In this document: positions 13,721 through 26,519 of the stretch, one piece after another
Numbering within the stretch: position 1 is the stretch's first letter
How the letters are laid out: the number at the start of each line of letters is the position of its first letter
Source: Mobula hypostoma
Lineage: Eukaryota
DNA: 64,000 nucleotides
NCBI RefSeq assembly: GCF_963921235.1
Contig: NC_086097.1
Location: 147,438,001 to 147,502,000 of the forward strand
Reading direction: 5' to 3'
Notes under the pieces: generated by a model
Told to the model about the DNA's origin: nothing
Database searches by the model: none
What the model saw: only the letters and a program-made list of their open reading frames with translations
Translations under genes and position numbers: made by a program

Positions 13721-15869
13721 CATGTTTGATCCCATTGATGTCAGATCTGATTTACTCAGGAACATTAATAATGTTCTTGCAGCTTTTTTGGACAAATAGT
13801 TTATATGGTATGGAGAAACTGAACAATTTCTGCAATGTTAAATAGTTGAGGAGAATCGTCAAAAGAAAATCATTCTGCTAAGTTAGTTTTGTTAGGCATA
13901 AAACCAGCAGTTGACTTTGGTTAAGTATTGGTTGAAATGATCACAACTGGATAGAGTACTGTAGACTGCTGATGCACTATTACCCACATTTGTCGATCTC
14001 ATCTCAAATCGAGGCACACATTTTTCTCTTCAATCTTGTTCCCGGACATCTAGAAAGTTGTAACACACATAAAAGTTGCTGGTATTTTTAAAATCAATAG
14101 AATCAAATGTTGAAAGAGAAATATCGCAGATTGAATTCTATGTCACAAACAACCAAGACAAATTCTTAACCACGAAACCGTTAATTCGCCTGCTGGTTCA
14201 CTGTTTTTACACCTTTTGGTTTTTCCTATGCAATAATGATACTTATCAATTGGAATAAATAATAACTGAATGGGAGTACTTCAGAGAGATGTCATGTGTT
14301 TGCATTCATAAATTAACTTTCTTCACAAAGTTTTACTATTTTATATGAGACGTGAAGCTACACAAATAAGCAATGTGAGTGGTAATATCACGTACAATTT
14401 TTTCTGAGCATTGGGATTATCTTTACAGGATTGCTAGTAGGATATTAATATTTATGAAGTTCACCAGATAAATCATTAGCCCTAACCTACCCATCAAAAA
14501 CTGTCTCGTTTTAAAATCCCAAAACAAAAGTTGCTTGGAGTAATCAAAATCTGAAATGAAAACAGTACATTGCTAGAGCCAGGGCAACTGTAAGAAGACT
14601 GTTAGCATAGTCCGCAGGCAAAACCTCAGCTTCTGTCTCTCCAACCTAATTGCAGAAGGGGGAGTGCATTGCTTTGCAAAAGGCCACAGCAGTGAAGACA
14701 TTCATACATTAGAAGCCAGTCAGCCACATCTTGTATGTGTGATCCAGCTGTTGTTCCTCTGTTGAAATATTCAATTCCAACACATTGAACTGTGTTACAT
14801 CAATCAATTCAAATTATATCAGCAATTAAGCTGTGAACATGTCAACAAAATTAATGAATTAACCCCGAGTCACTAAAGAAGCCAAAAGGCAACTATTATT
14901 TATTATGTTCAGAATCTAATGGTCTTCTTACAACTGCCCTGTCAGGGCTCCAGTAACTCTAACCTCAAACTTACATTTCTTTATTCCTTACAATTGTTGA
15001 ATGTTGTTGTTTTTGTTGCATATCGCACCGAATTCCTAATACATGTAACTGTATATAGCAAGAAAAGTTAATCCTTGATCAACTTGTAAATGTTAATGTT
15101 TCTGCTAATTGTTATTTAGCATGCTGGGCACAGTTTCTCAATTCAGCATAGGAGACAACTAAAGATTGGTGATATTTTCCTATGGGTAATTAATGCTACA
15201 TAGCATTTTTGCCTTGAACTTCAGTGGACTTTACCTGAACTTCCGCCAGCACTGGTGTTTCAGTGAAAATATGGCTAGTGATTATGAGAACCGAAGAGAA
15301 AATATCTCTCCATAAATAAAGAAGGAAGAATTCAGTGCTCCATGGAAATAAGTAGGTTTAACTAGTTATTCATTGCCTCACCTATATGTGAGTCCTTCCT
15401 GAGTAAGAAAATTCTATTATATAACTGCTTTCATTGGAGCTGTTGTCAATCAAGGCTCATTGTTCTCACAAACACACACCAGCAGCCTACAACTGTCAAT
15501 GAATACTCACAATGCAGCTGAGGCTGCATCACTGAGGACATGCTCAAGATGGCACATAATTGTGTTGAGGAAACAGCTCAGGTTTAGTTTTTATTGAGTT
15601 GGTGGAGTTGTGTTTGACGACAGCGGGTTGAGCTAGGTGTCAGGTTAGGTTCATAGGGACAGGGAAGTGGGTTAATTAGAGGACAGCCAGAAGTCTTAAG
15701 TCTCCACTCCATGTCTGAAGGACAGCAATGTGGACATAGTACATTTGCAGACTGTGCTGTGATGTCCAGCAGGATGTTAGGCTGACAGACGAGCGTAAAT
15801 GAAGGCTGGTGGCAAGTTGTCAATGGGTTCCAGAACTGGTGTTCTGACTGGAGAGGTCCAATAGCCTGC

Positions 15870-16079
15870 TCAGTGAGACTGGACGTCAAAGTCTGACGTG
15901 CAGGGTCCCATCATCAGTGACACTGGAGTTCAAGGCCTGACGTGCAGGGTCCCATCATCGATGAGCCTGGAGTTCAAGGCCTGATGTGCAAGGTCCCACC
16001 ATCAGTGAGACTGGAGTTCAAGGCCAAATGTGCAGGGTCCTGTCATCGGTGAGTCTGGAGTTTGAACCCTGGTGTTCAG
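15870..16079. repeat. 44-bp minisatellite, ~4.7 head-to-tail copies
   Basis: Unit tcagtgacactggagttcaaggcctgacgtgcagggtcccatca starts at 15870, 15914, 15958, 16002 and 16046, with no spacers. Confidence 0.9.
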
Positions 16080-17448
16080 CGATTGGTGGTCGATGCTGAG
16101 GATCAAATCCCTTGAATCGAATTGGAAGATTAAATTGTTTTTCTATTTAAAGAGACTCTGGGATACTTAACTAGCCACCTTCAGAACTTGCAGCAGGTTA
16201 TACAAACCACAGAGTGGGCATAATCTAATAGAACCTGGTTTCTCCAGCATTTTGTCAGTGAGATGCTCGTTTGACAGAGAATTCTTTGATGACAGTGCTG
16301 ATTGCAATTCATTACTAGAGGCTTTGTTATGATAATGACTGATACCTCAGTGAGTGTCCAGGACTTCAGTAAAGATATGCCCATCTACAAAGGGCCTATT
16401 CCCCACAGAATCTTCCAAGATGCTACATTTAACCCAGACATTTATATATTTGCAAGTTCAGATATTTCAAAGCTAACATTACTGAGATATACTAGCTGTT
16501 CACCCTTCACTAAGATATATATGCATGAACTGCTCCCTCAGTAGAGGTCAAGGCCACAATGGTTCTCAACTTCCTTGGTGTATTACCCTTCCAAACAGCT
16601 GCAGGAGATCTCGGTCATGTTTCAAAATCTGCTGCTCATTGCAGCAACTGAGAAATGGTTCAAATATTTGCACTGAGATAATTTTGTGTAGTTTGATTTC
16701 TGTGGTCAAGGATTTACCAGAATTGAGTCTTGCCATGAGTTCAGCCAGGCATTGACTGCACTTATGAACCCATTAAGCTCCTAAATATGCAGAAGAATCG
16801 TCAGATGATTTTCCTAAAGGTCAATATTATGTTTCCATGAAGTACACACAATACATTTATTCTTTAGGACTTCAAGTTGACAAAAAGTTTTAGGAGCAAG
16901 AACAGCCCAGAGCCATGGATGTTGAGGGATCATCTCATGACACTAATTTTCACTCCTATCATCTGCTGAGGGTAAATGTAATTGTCATATATGCCCACCA
17001 GAATGCTTCTGAGAATGTGATTCTGGCAACTGCACCAGTCCACGGAACCATATGTTGCACACATAGCAGGTGCAGAGCCTTAGCTGTAATCTGCTGTCTT
17101 TTCCAAGGATTATCACTTTGAGATGGTGCAGAGACATGTGTGTTCCTGAAATCCCAAGAGTGATGCTGCCTGGAGTTTAGCCATCTGCTGCTTAGCTCCT
17201 GGTAGGGTGACCCTGGTAGTAAGGTCAAGGGGTGGGGGGGATTACAGACTAAGGGCTATCCAACCAAGATCTCAATAGTGGACCAGGCAGAAGGTGATGA
17301 CTCAACACAATGACAGCGAAGGTGGAGGAAAGATGGAGCAGTGAAGGTGTCCAGTCATCTTGCATTTCACGGCACTGGACCCTGACCCTGACCTGTCAAT
17401 GACCAAGTGGTGTCTGCCTATGCATTAGCCTCTCCATTTTAAACAAAG

Positions 17449-17449
<1 letters not shown>

Positions 17450-17487
<38 letters not shown>
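17450..17487. repeat. (CA)19 microsatellite
   Basis: Perfect CA run. Confidence 0.97.
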
Positions 17488-17491
<4 letters not shown>

Positions 17492-18285
17492 TTCTCCATT
17501 CAGAGAATCCTCCCTAAAATCCTGGGGCAACTCTTTAGGAGAACATCATGCTCGACTTGAATGAAAGCACTTCTACTTTCTGCTGAACGCTGTTAGATAC
17601 AAAGCCAGTGCTGGAGGAAGAGCAGCTTAAGGACACAGACCCTGAGAGACATGAGGTGTAAGCTGCAGAGCTGTGGGAGGAAAATGAAGAGAATGAAGAG
17701 AATGGTTATCAATTCCTGTCATGTGGAAAAGAGAGATGAGGATTGCATAGGCAATAAGGGAATCCCTTGAAGGGAAATACTTCAAGTAAATAGCCTGGTA
17801 AATCAGGCTCCAGTTTATAAAATGTACCTCTCTTCACTGTCCAATTCTGCACGGGCGTAGCTCATGAGTAGTCAATCAAGGGAGCGCTGTTGAAGCAGCA
17901 TAAGTAGCAAACCTGCCTGTCCAGGTAGACCCATTATCTCAGCTTGCTCCTGCCCCACCGAAATCACTTCTGCATACTTCAACACTGTTTTATCCCCCCT
18001 TGTTCAATCCCTTCCTACCTATGTTCGTGACACTTCTCACGCTCTGAATCTTTTCAACGGTTTTAAGTTCCCTGGCCCCCACCGCTTTATTTACACCATG
18101 GATGTTCAGTCCCTATATACCTCCATCTCCCACCAGGAAGGTCTCAAAGCTCTCTGCTTCTTTTTGGATTCCAGACCTAGCAGTTCCCCTCTACCACCAC
18201 TCTGCTCCATCTAGCGGAATTAGTCCTTACTCTTAATAATTTCTCCTTTGGCTCTCCTCACTTCCTCCAAACTAAAAGTGTAGCC

Positions 18286-19455
18286 ATGGGCACCTGTATG
18301 GGTCCTAGCTATGCCTGCCTCTTTGTTGGCTTTGTGGAACAATCCATGTTCCAAACCTATACTGGTATCTGTCCCCCACTTTTCCTTCGCTACATCGACG
18401 ACTGTATTGGCGCTGCTTCCTGCACGCATGCTGAGCTTGTTGACTCCATTAACTTTGCCTCCAACTTTCACCCTGCCATCAAGTTTACCTGGTCCATTTC
18501 CGACACCTCCCTCCCCTTTCTTAATCTTTCTGTCTCTATCTCTGGAGACAGCTTATCTACTGATGTCTACTATAAGCCTACGGACTCTCACAGCTATCTG
18601 GACTATTCCTCTTCTCACCCTATCTCTTGCAAAAATGCCATCCCCTTCTTGCAATTCCTCCGTCTCCACCGCATCTGCTCTCAGGATGAGGCTTTTCATT
18701 CTAGGACAAAGGAGAAGTCCTCCTTTGTTAAAGAAAGGGGCTTCCCTTCCTTCACCATCCACGCTGCTCTTAAACGCACCTCTCCCATTTCACACACATC
18801 TGCACTCACCCCATCCTCCTGCCACCCCACTAGGAATAGGGTTCCCCTGGTCCTCACCTACCACCCCACCAGCCTCCAGGTCCAACATATAATCCTCAGT
18901 AATTTCCGCCACCTCCAACAGGATCCCACCACTAAGCACATCTTTCCCTCCCCCCCACCCCGCTTTCTGCAGGATCGCTCCCTATGCGACTCCCTTGTCC
19001 ATTCATTCCCCCCATCCCTCCCCACCGATCTCCCTCCCGGCACTTATCCTTGGAAGCAGAACAAGTGCTACACGTGCCCTTACACTTCCTCCCTCACCAT
19101 CATTCAGGGCCCCAGACAGTCCTTCCAGGTGAGGCGACACTTCACCTGTGAGTCTGCTGGGGTGATATACTGCGTCTGGTGCTTCCGATATGGCCTTCTA
19201 TATATTGGTGAGACCCAAAACAGGCTGGGAGACTGTTTCGCTGAACACCTACGCTCTGTCTGCCAGAGAAAGCAGGATCTCCCAGTGGCCACACATTTTA
19301 ATTCCACGTCCCATTCCCATTCTGATATGTCTATCCACGGCCTCCTCTACTGTCAAGCTGAAGCCACACTCAGGTTGGAGGAACAACACCTTATATTCCG
19401 TCTGGGTAGCCTCCAACCTGATGGCATGAACATTGACTTCTCTAACTTCTGCTAA
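18286..19455 (+). CDS. Open C-terminal part (389 aa) of the Penelope RT/GIY-YIG polyprotein; truncated and frameshifted upstream
   Basis: ORF track shows YIDD, thumb YYKPTDSHSYL, linker KCYTCPY and GIY-YIG VIYCVWC..GLLYIGET...EHLRSV...HFN. There is a frameshift near 18180. Confidence 0.85.
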   Translation: MGTCMGPSYACLFVGFVEQSMFQTYTGICPPLFLRYIDDCIGAASCTHAELVDSINFASNFHPAIKFTWSISDTSLPFLNLSVSISGDSLSTDVYYKPTDSHSYLDYSSSHPISCKNAIPFLQFLRLHRICSQDEAFHSRTKEKSSFVKERGFPSFTIHAALKRTSPISHTSALTPSSCHPTRNRVPLVLTYHPTSLQVQHIILSNFRHLQQDPTTKHIFPSPPPRFLQDRSLCDSLVHSFPPSLPTDLPPGTYPWKQNKCYTCPYTSSLTIIQGPRQSFQVRRHFTCESAGVIYCVWCFRYGLLYIGETQNRLGDCFAEHLRSVCQRKQDLPVATHFNSTSHSHSDMSIHGLLYCQAEATLRLEEQHLIFRLGSLQPDGMNIDFSNFC

Positions 19456-19759
19456 TGCCCCACCTTCCCCTCGTACTCCATCCATTATTTATTTATCTTT
19501 TATTATTATTAATTTTTTTCTCTCTCTCTCCTTTTTCTCTCTCTATCCCTCTCATTATACTCCTTGCCCATCCTTTGGGCTCCCCTCCCCCTTTCTTTCT
19601 CCCTGTCCCATGATCCTCCCCCTTCTCCAACTCTGTATCCCTTTTGCCAATCAAATTTCCAGCTCTTAGATCCATCCCTCCCCCTCTTGTCTTCCGCTAT
19701 CATTTCGGATCTCCCCCTCCCCCTCACACTTTCAAATCTCTTACTATCTCTTCTTTCAG

Positions 19760-19799
19760 TTAGTCCTGACAAAGGGTCTCGGCCCGAATCGTTGACTGT
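19760..19799 (+). ncRNA. Degenerate minimal type I hammerhead ribozyme motif
   Basis: ttagtc CTGACAA agggtctcggccc GAAT cg tt gactgt; core positions differ from the family consensus CTGACGA...GAAACGTC. Confidence 0.6.
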
Positions 19800-20959
19800 A
19801 CCTCTTCCTAAAGATGCTGCCTGGCCTGCTGCGTTCACCAGCAATTTTTATATGTGTTGCTTGAAATTCCAGCATCTGCAGATTTCCTCGTGTTTGCATA
19901 AATACTCACATCCTTCTTTGCAGGGCCACCTGCATTGATCACAAATCTCAGTGAATGAATTCCTGATCTAATGCTATTTTCAGTGATGGAAAGCTGCCCC
20001 TGACATATCTTGTGGGGAAGTAAAGCTTATTTCTAGATTACTCAAACCAGTGGGCTTTTCAGATCTGGTAATAGTTGGTGCCACTTCCTGTTTGACTCAA
20101 CCTCTGGTGGCCCTATCTATTCCTGTGCGTCCATCCCTCATTCATCAGCCTCTCTTCTGCCAGTATCTCTTCTTCTTCTGAGGTTTTGTGGTGGCTGGTA
20201 AACAACGTTAAGGGGCATTTCCACCAAGCTGGTATCTTTCTAATGATAAAGGGCCATGTCCCCATGAGTAAAACCAGAGCTTCCTTTCCCTTTCCCTGCA
20301 AGTAATATCTCTCCTCAATGGGTGTCATTACATGCACTTCTGGTGTCTGGCTGCCATGGATGAGGTGTTTGTAAAGATGATCTGTTTACCTTTCAAAAAA
20401 ATCTTCATTCATGAAAAACTTCATATGTTACAAAACAAACATTCCTCAAGTTGGTATTTTCACGAGTGAGGTTATTAAAATTAACATGATGCAAGTTATA
20501 TCTAGGATTAACAAACATGGGATTTTAACAACAATTATAGCCATTTTCATATGCTTTGGCAGAAGTGCCTTTCTTATAGAACTGCAGCTGGCTTCAGTAT
20601 GATCCTCAGCACAATAATCCTGATCCCTCGGAGTGCCAAGCTGAATGATGGACAATATGTTGCACCCAATAACGAGGACTTTTAAGTGGACAGGAGGCTA
20701 TCTAAGTTAATGAATCCCCAGCCAATGTTTATATTGTCCCTGGGGATAGCTCGTAGAACACAGCCTAGTGTGCTACACATCTGTCCAAGATGAACTTTGC
20801 AGCTCTTCCTAGATAGCTTGCTCAGACTATTCTTCAACAAATTTTCTGAAGCTGAAGTCAAATGTGTGTTTAAACTTTGGGAAACATAGAAATTTCATTT
20901 GATCATCTATTTCTGTGCACACTGCTGCCTTTTCAAACCCTTTTGGACAGTTTTGTAAT

Positions 20960-21836
20960 AGTTATAATAGTTCAATAGTTCTATTTAATACCAGAAAATG
21001 TATAGAATATGCAACCTGAAGTTCTTGTTCTTCTCAGACATCAACGAATACAGAAGAGTGCCCCAAAAAATGAGTGACAGCAAAAACGTCAGGACGCCAA
21101 AGCCCCCCCACTCCCCCCTCCCACACACAAGCAACAGCAAAGCATCAACCCTCTCCCTTCCCCACAAAAAGAATCAGCACCGTCAACCCACCAAGCAAAC
21201 AATAGCAAAGCCCCCAAGAAAGACCATGATCTGTAGTAAAACAAAAACAAATCATTCAACCACCATTTTGACATACCACAGGCACCCTCTCCCCCTAATA
21301 AAAGTGCAAAGAGGTGTCACTTTGCGAGAGCGCAGACATAAACAAAACAGCACACTGATTTATGCCATTATAGTCTGCCGCATGACCTTTTTTTTTTACC
21401 AAGTTCAAGAATCAGAAGCAACAACAACTCCCACTAACTCCCACCAACAAGAGAAAGAGAGAGAGCAGGCAATCCGAGTACAGAGCCCCAACCGCTGATG
21501 TGCTGTTCCCAATATTCCATTTTCTCCCACTACGCTTCAGTCCGTAGCACTGGCTTAGAACCAGTTTGTCTCCAGGACCATAACGTCTCAGAACCCTGAA
21601 GGTGTGCTCATCTTCTAGGTTGCGTCCTTGGGATATCAAAACGTGACCGAGTGGTGAGTCCCGAGAATGGGAACCAACATGGTAAAGAACCGAAGTTAGA
21701 GTGCAGCTCTAGGCCAGGGTCTTCAATAGAACCCCATACACCTTGAAAAGAAAAAAAAAGAGAGACATTAAAGGTAGAAATTAAGCTGTTTCCACAGATG
21801 AGTTCGAAGAAGTCGCTCTCTAGCATCATCATTGCT
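20960..21836 (-). mobile_element. Non-autonomous Rex1-tailed element, related to 43076-44505
   Basis: (TTCAATAG)-type tail, caacctgaagttcttgttcttctcagacatc 3' region, and a body homologous to 43076-43660. Confidence 0.7.
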
Positions 21837-21839
21837 AGC

Positions 21840-22570
21840 ACCAAACATAGAAAAAGAACACTACAGCACCAGAATAGGCCCTTCAGCCACAATGTTGCAC
21901 TCAACCAATTAAATCAGTTATCAAATGGCCAACTAAATTAATCTCTTCAACCTACAGTATGTCCATATCTTTCTATTCATGTCTTCCTATTCTTTCTAAA
22001 CATCTCTTTATGTATCTGCCTCTACCATCACCCCAGGTAGCATGTTCCAGGCACCCATCACTCCCTTTGTAAAAAACTTGTCCCATTTGAAATTATCCCT
22101 TCTCACTTTAAACACATGCCTTCTAGTAAAAGACATTTCAACTTTGGGAAAAAGATACTGTCTGTCTAGTCTACCTATGCCTCCCCCAAACTTATAAACC
22201 TCCCCTCAGCATCTGCCTCTCCAGAGTAAACAGCTCAGGTTTGCCCCCATCTCTCATGATAGCACATGCCTTATAATCCAGGCAGCATCCTGGTAAAACT
22301 CTTCTGCACCCTCTGCAAAGCCTCAACATCCTTCCTATAATGGGGTGACCAGAACTATTTGCAATACTTTAGATGCAGCCTAATTAGAGCTCTATAAAGT
22401 TGCAACATTATGTCCTAACTTTTGAACTCAATGCCTTCAAATAGTAAAGGCAAGCATGTCATATGCTTTCTTAACCAACCTATCAACCTACACAGCCACT
22501 TTCAGGGAGCAATAAACTTAGACCTCAAGATCCCTCTGTTCATCAACACCATTAAGGGTCTTGACCAATA
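21840..22570 (-). mobile_element. CR1 LINE 3' fragment
   Basis: Reverse complement of the CR1 3' end (actacagcaccagaataggcccttcagcc) and RT C-terminus, homologous to 53750-54476. Confidence 0.85.
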
Positions 22571-23374
22571 AAGTGAATAGATTTTAGCAGTATACTCAAC
22601 ACTAACTGCTGGAATAAAAAAGGGTGAAATCCATTTTCGAGATAAATCAGTATAACTGATGGTGCTGAGAGCATTAATTATTGTTGCTGTTCCATGCTGA
22701 GCCAGGCCAAAGTAATCCAACTATCACTTTCAAACAGCTGAGCTTAGCAAGTATATCAATGAATTGGGCCAAATCCCTTAACACATTGCTTGCAGATGCT
22801 GGATAGTCCCATTTTTAAAGTTGCCATGGCCAGTTCAATATTATTCCAGCTGTCGATTTCAGAATGTTAGACTAATAGAAGTTGTTCAGTGCTGAGTCAT
22901 GCTGCTTTTTAATCAAACACTGGGGGGGAAATTGTAACCTCTATATAACAGCTGATTTGGGATTGAGCATGGGATTCAAATATGTGGAAATCAATGTTAC
23001 GTTGCAAGTCTAACACCAAACCACCAACTTCCAGATTTAATTTGAATGTATTTGACAAAAATTTGGAAAACTTCCTAAACTCCATTAGTAAAGGAGTTAT
23101 GGGTTATAAAGAAAAGGGAGGAGAATGGCGTTAAAAAAAAATACCAGCTGTGGTTGAATGGCAGAGCAAACACAATGGGCGAAATCACCTAGTTTTGTTC
23201 CTATAGCTAATTATCTTTGCAGGGGCTTATAGGAATTATTGCTAATTATATGTTTCCAAATTAACTTAGGCACACAGCTTTCCGAAGTTTCTCACAATTC
23301 AAGAGGGAAAACAAAGTAGGAGCCTTCAAGCAAACTGAAAAGAAAAGAACTGGGAATCTGTTGTGAAATTGTTC

Positions 23375-23735
23375 TGTAATGCTGGAAATCTAAAGTGAAA
23401 GACAAAATACTGGAAAATCTCAGCAATCAGGTAGCATCTGCAGAAAAAGCAATTGTCAATCTTTTGGGTCTGTAGCCCTTTCCCAGAATCAGGATATTGG
23501 TTTTCTGATGAAAGGCCACAGACCTGAAACATTAACTGTTTCTCTTTCTGCAGGTTGTTGTCTGGCCTGCATTTTCTGTTTTGGTCTAAGAGCAGTTTGG
23601 CATCACATAAGAACAGAGGAATCAACAAGCAAATCTCACAATTAAAAAGGGTCTCGGCCCGAAACGTCAACTGTGCTTCTTCCTGTGGATGCTGTCTGGC
23701 CTGCTGCATTCCACCAGCATTTTGTGTGTGTTGCT
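23375..23735. mobile_element. Old Penelope-like palindrome (23375-23565) plus a younger Penelope 3' fragment (23647-23735, +)
   Basis: Inverted arms with CTGATGA-aaggccacagacct-GAAA at 23505-23529. The second fragment begins in ribozyme stem II (agggtctcggcccgaaacgtc). Confidence 0.7.
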
Positions 23736-24384
23736 CCAACCTTACCATTGGTTTTGTGGGTGGCTTATTGAAATGATTTCTGTGCAGGGATTTTGATAGT
23801 TCTTTGGAAGTTCAAAAAAATGTTTTAAGGAATTCTGCAATCTCAATTGATGCCGCTAATCATTTTCAGCACTTTGGTCTTGTCCACTTAGTCAATGTTT
23901 TTAGCAGTTCTTCCTGGTCTCCTCATAGCGAATGCTGCTCTGTAGCCATACTGTAGGTCCTTTGGGACTGCAATGGATAATGACAAAAGCCTCAGAAACT
24001 GCAATGCTTCATTTGCCACCCACAAGCAAATCTGCACTAGAGAGATAATCAGAGATCCAGCTTCTAAGAACACATAAAGACTTTAGATCACGTCTGTAAT
24101 ACCTGAATATCAAAGTTTGTAAAGGCCCAGGGTATCCTGGTAAGCAGTGAGAAGTACGAGAAAAGGACCAGCTATCTGTTGGACTTCATAACCTTAGTCT
24201 ACCGTCCATTAATGGTTGTAAGTATAACTAAAACTCTAGGCCTTGGGTTCTTTTCAGAGCTCTGAGTGTACACAATCCCACAGTCAATTGTTCAGAACTA
24301 CATCAGGTAAATGAGATACACATTCTTTAATTACCAGACAGTCACATCAGCATCACTGTCTAAGCGACCATGTACCTTAATGAG

Positions 24385-24644
24385 TGTTTTCAAGGTAGTA
24401 TAGCAGTTAGTACATTGCTTTACGGCGCTAAGCAATCAGCAAACAGGATTCAACTCCCGTGCTGTCTTTAAGGAGTTTGTACATTCTCCTCAAGACCATG
24501 TGAGATTCTTCTTGGGTCCCTGCTTTCCACCCACATTCCAAAGACATATGCTTAGGGTTCGTGAATAGTGGGCATGTTGCGTTGGCTCTGAAAGCGTGGT
24601 GACACTTATGGTGGCTCAACACGATCCTTACTGATTTAATTTGA
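24385..24644 (+). mobile_element. tRNA-derived V-SINE (HE1-like)
   Basis: Degenerate A/B boxes (ggattcaactcc), then the V-domain gagtttgtacattctcctc...tttccacccacattccaaagacat. Confidence 0.75.
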
Positions 24645-24646
24645 TG

Positions 24647-24741
24647 GAACACACATCAAAGTTGCTGGTGAACGCAACGGGCCAGGCAGCATTTCTAGGA
24701 AGAGGTACAGTCGACGTTTCGGGCCGAGACCCGAAGGGTCT
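24647..24741 (-). mobile_element. Penelope-like 3' terminal fragment ending in a micro-inversion
   Basis: aacacacatcaaagttgctggtgaacg...cagtcgacgtttcgggccgagaccc is followed by gaagggtct, forming the hairpin agaccc-gaa-gggtct. Confidence 0.85.
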
Positions 24742-25739
24742 ATTCTGCTGTGACTGCCTTCCTACAAATTGGGCTGCAATAGACTACACACGTGAAATAT
24801 TCAATGCACTCCTTAATATTTTGAAACAATAATGAATTTAGTAGTCTTATTTAATCCCGCCTCTGTTAGAAGCTAATAGAATACTTTCTCTTCCTGCCGC
24901 TAAATTAGTACAGACATGGCATGATTTCACGTGTGATGTTCTTCTTCAAAAATAATTGATTTATTTCCTGCGGTAGCATCCTTTAAATAGCTTTGTAACT
25001 TGGAGCTGCTCCTCCACATGTCTTGATACAGCTACTTACTTCAGCATGCATGCAACAGTTGGACAACTTTGTAAGTAAGCAGCAGCAATTCAAGAGCTTC
25101 TGCTCTTTAAATAGTGTTTCATGGCATAAATGCCCTCCTAATGCTCTATTCTAATAGGTTTCAGCATAGTCTCCAATAAAACACAATTACTTCAGCCTCT
25201 CACCCCTCAGCTGCTGAACTCATAAACTTAGCTATAAAACAAAAAAATATTATGGCAAGGGTAGAATAGAAGCACTGCATGCAGTACAAAGTACATGTAA
25301 AAGATCTGTTCACTCAGTGTGGTACCTTAATCATTCTATTTCATAAATGTTGATTTTGTAAGTTTCATCTGATAAAAATATGGAAGATTTGCAAAGTCTT
25401 CCTAAGTATCTATATGCCAAAATTTTCACTGTAATAAATAGCAAACTCATTGTCCAGAAATGGAACTTGGAAAAAGCAAAATCCAACATTAAAAAATCAG
25501 TTTTTACTACACTTATGTTACAGAATGAAAGCCAGATTTCATGGCGTAGACAGATTTTATATAAACCCATGAATTATTAGGCAAATAATGTTGAATCAAA
25601 TATTCTAAATACCAGTGCCAAGAAATTATTTTCCTGATGCAGAATTCCCATATCCATAGACATTGATAAGTCAGGGCATCAGAAGGTTACAGAGAGAAGG
25701 AAGGAGAATGGGTTTGAGAGGGATAATAGATTATCATTG

Positions 25740-26045
25740 AGTGCCATAGTCAGGTAGCAGTTAGCACGACGCTATGGCAGCTTGGGGTATTCTGGAGTTC
25801 GGAGTTCAATTCCGGCACTCTTCCGTAAGGAATCTCTGGTATGTCCTCCTCATGGAATGCGTGGGTTTTCCCTGGGTGCTCTGGTTTCCTCTCAAAGTCC
25901 AAAGGCATACTGGGCAGGTCAATGAGTCATTGCAAATTGTCCTGTGATTAGGTTACGGTTAACCGGGGTTGTGGGTTTGCTGGGGCGGCGTGGCTCCAAG
26001 GGCCAGAAGAGCCAACTCCCCAATGTATCACTAAATAAAATAAAA
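25740..26045 (+). mobile_element. tRNA-derived V-SINE inserted in a CR1 3' end (25660-26110)
   Basis: B box ggagttcaattcc, V-domain tgcgtgggttttccctgggtgctctggtttcctctcaaagtccaaag, (TAAAA)n tail. CR1 3' UTR sequence continues on both sides. Confidence 0.8.
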
Positions 26046-26519
26046 GATGGAATGGTGGAGCAGACTTGATGGGCCAAATGGCATAATTCTGCTGCTATGT
26101 CTTATGGTCTAACTGCTACATTTTACAGAAAAGATGTGGTCAGGATGAAAGTTTATAAACAAGAAAGGCATGAGACAAAAAAAGCCAGAAATGACCAGAC
26201 CAACAGTAGGCAAACACACCTTCTGAGTTCAACATTCAAAGGGAATTGATACCTTTTCAAAGATCATGTTTAATCTATTGCCAGGACAGCAGTTCTAGCT
26301 TTTGTTTCAATGGGATTCCCATCTGTTTCATTTCTCATATTCACTTTTGTTGCCTTCTGAGTACTTTTATATTTGATACGGGTCTATTGAGACTCGTTTT
26401 CACAGCCATGTCCTTTTCCTTACAACCTCATGAACCTTCAACTTATTCTGTGTAGATTCTAATTGAAATTCTATTCCTCAGGAGCCATCTGTGATTACAG
26501 CTATACTGACGTAATTGAT

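Larger units (their letters stand above)
17908..19897 (+). mobile_element. 5'-truncated Penelope-like retroelement (RT + GIY-YIG endonuclease + pyrimidine-rich 3' region)
   Basis: Starts KPACPGRPIISACSCPTE, then RT motifs MDVQSLYTSI, MGTCMGPSYACLF and RYIDD, then GVIYC...LYIGET. Flanked by GCATAAGTA (17898-17906) / GCATAAATA (19896-19904), a probable TSD. Confidence 0.93.

Noticed and set aside
15870..16079. CRISPR-like array
   Set aside because: Units are contiguous with no unique spacers, there are no cas genes, and the context is vertebrate-like.
18311..18892. 193-aa Pro/Leu/Ser-rich overlapping ORF
   Set aside because: It is an alternative frame of the C-rich Penelope ORF, a compositional artefact.
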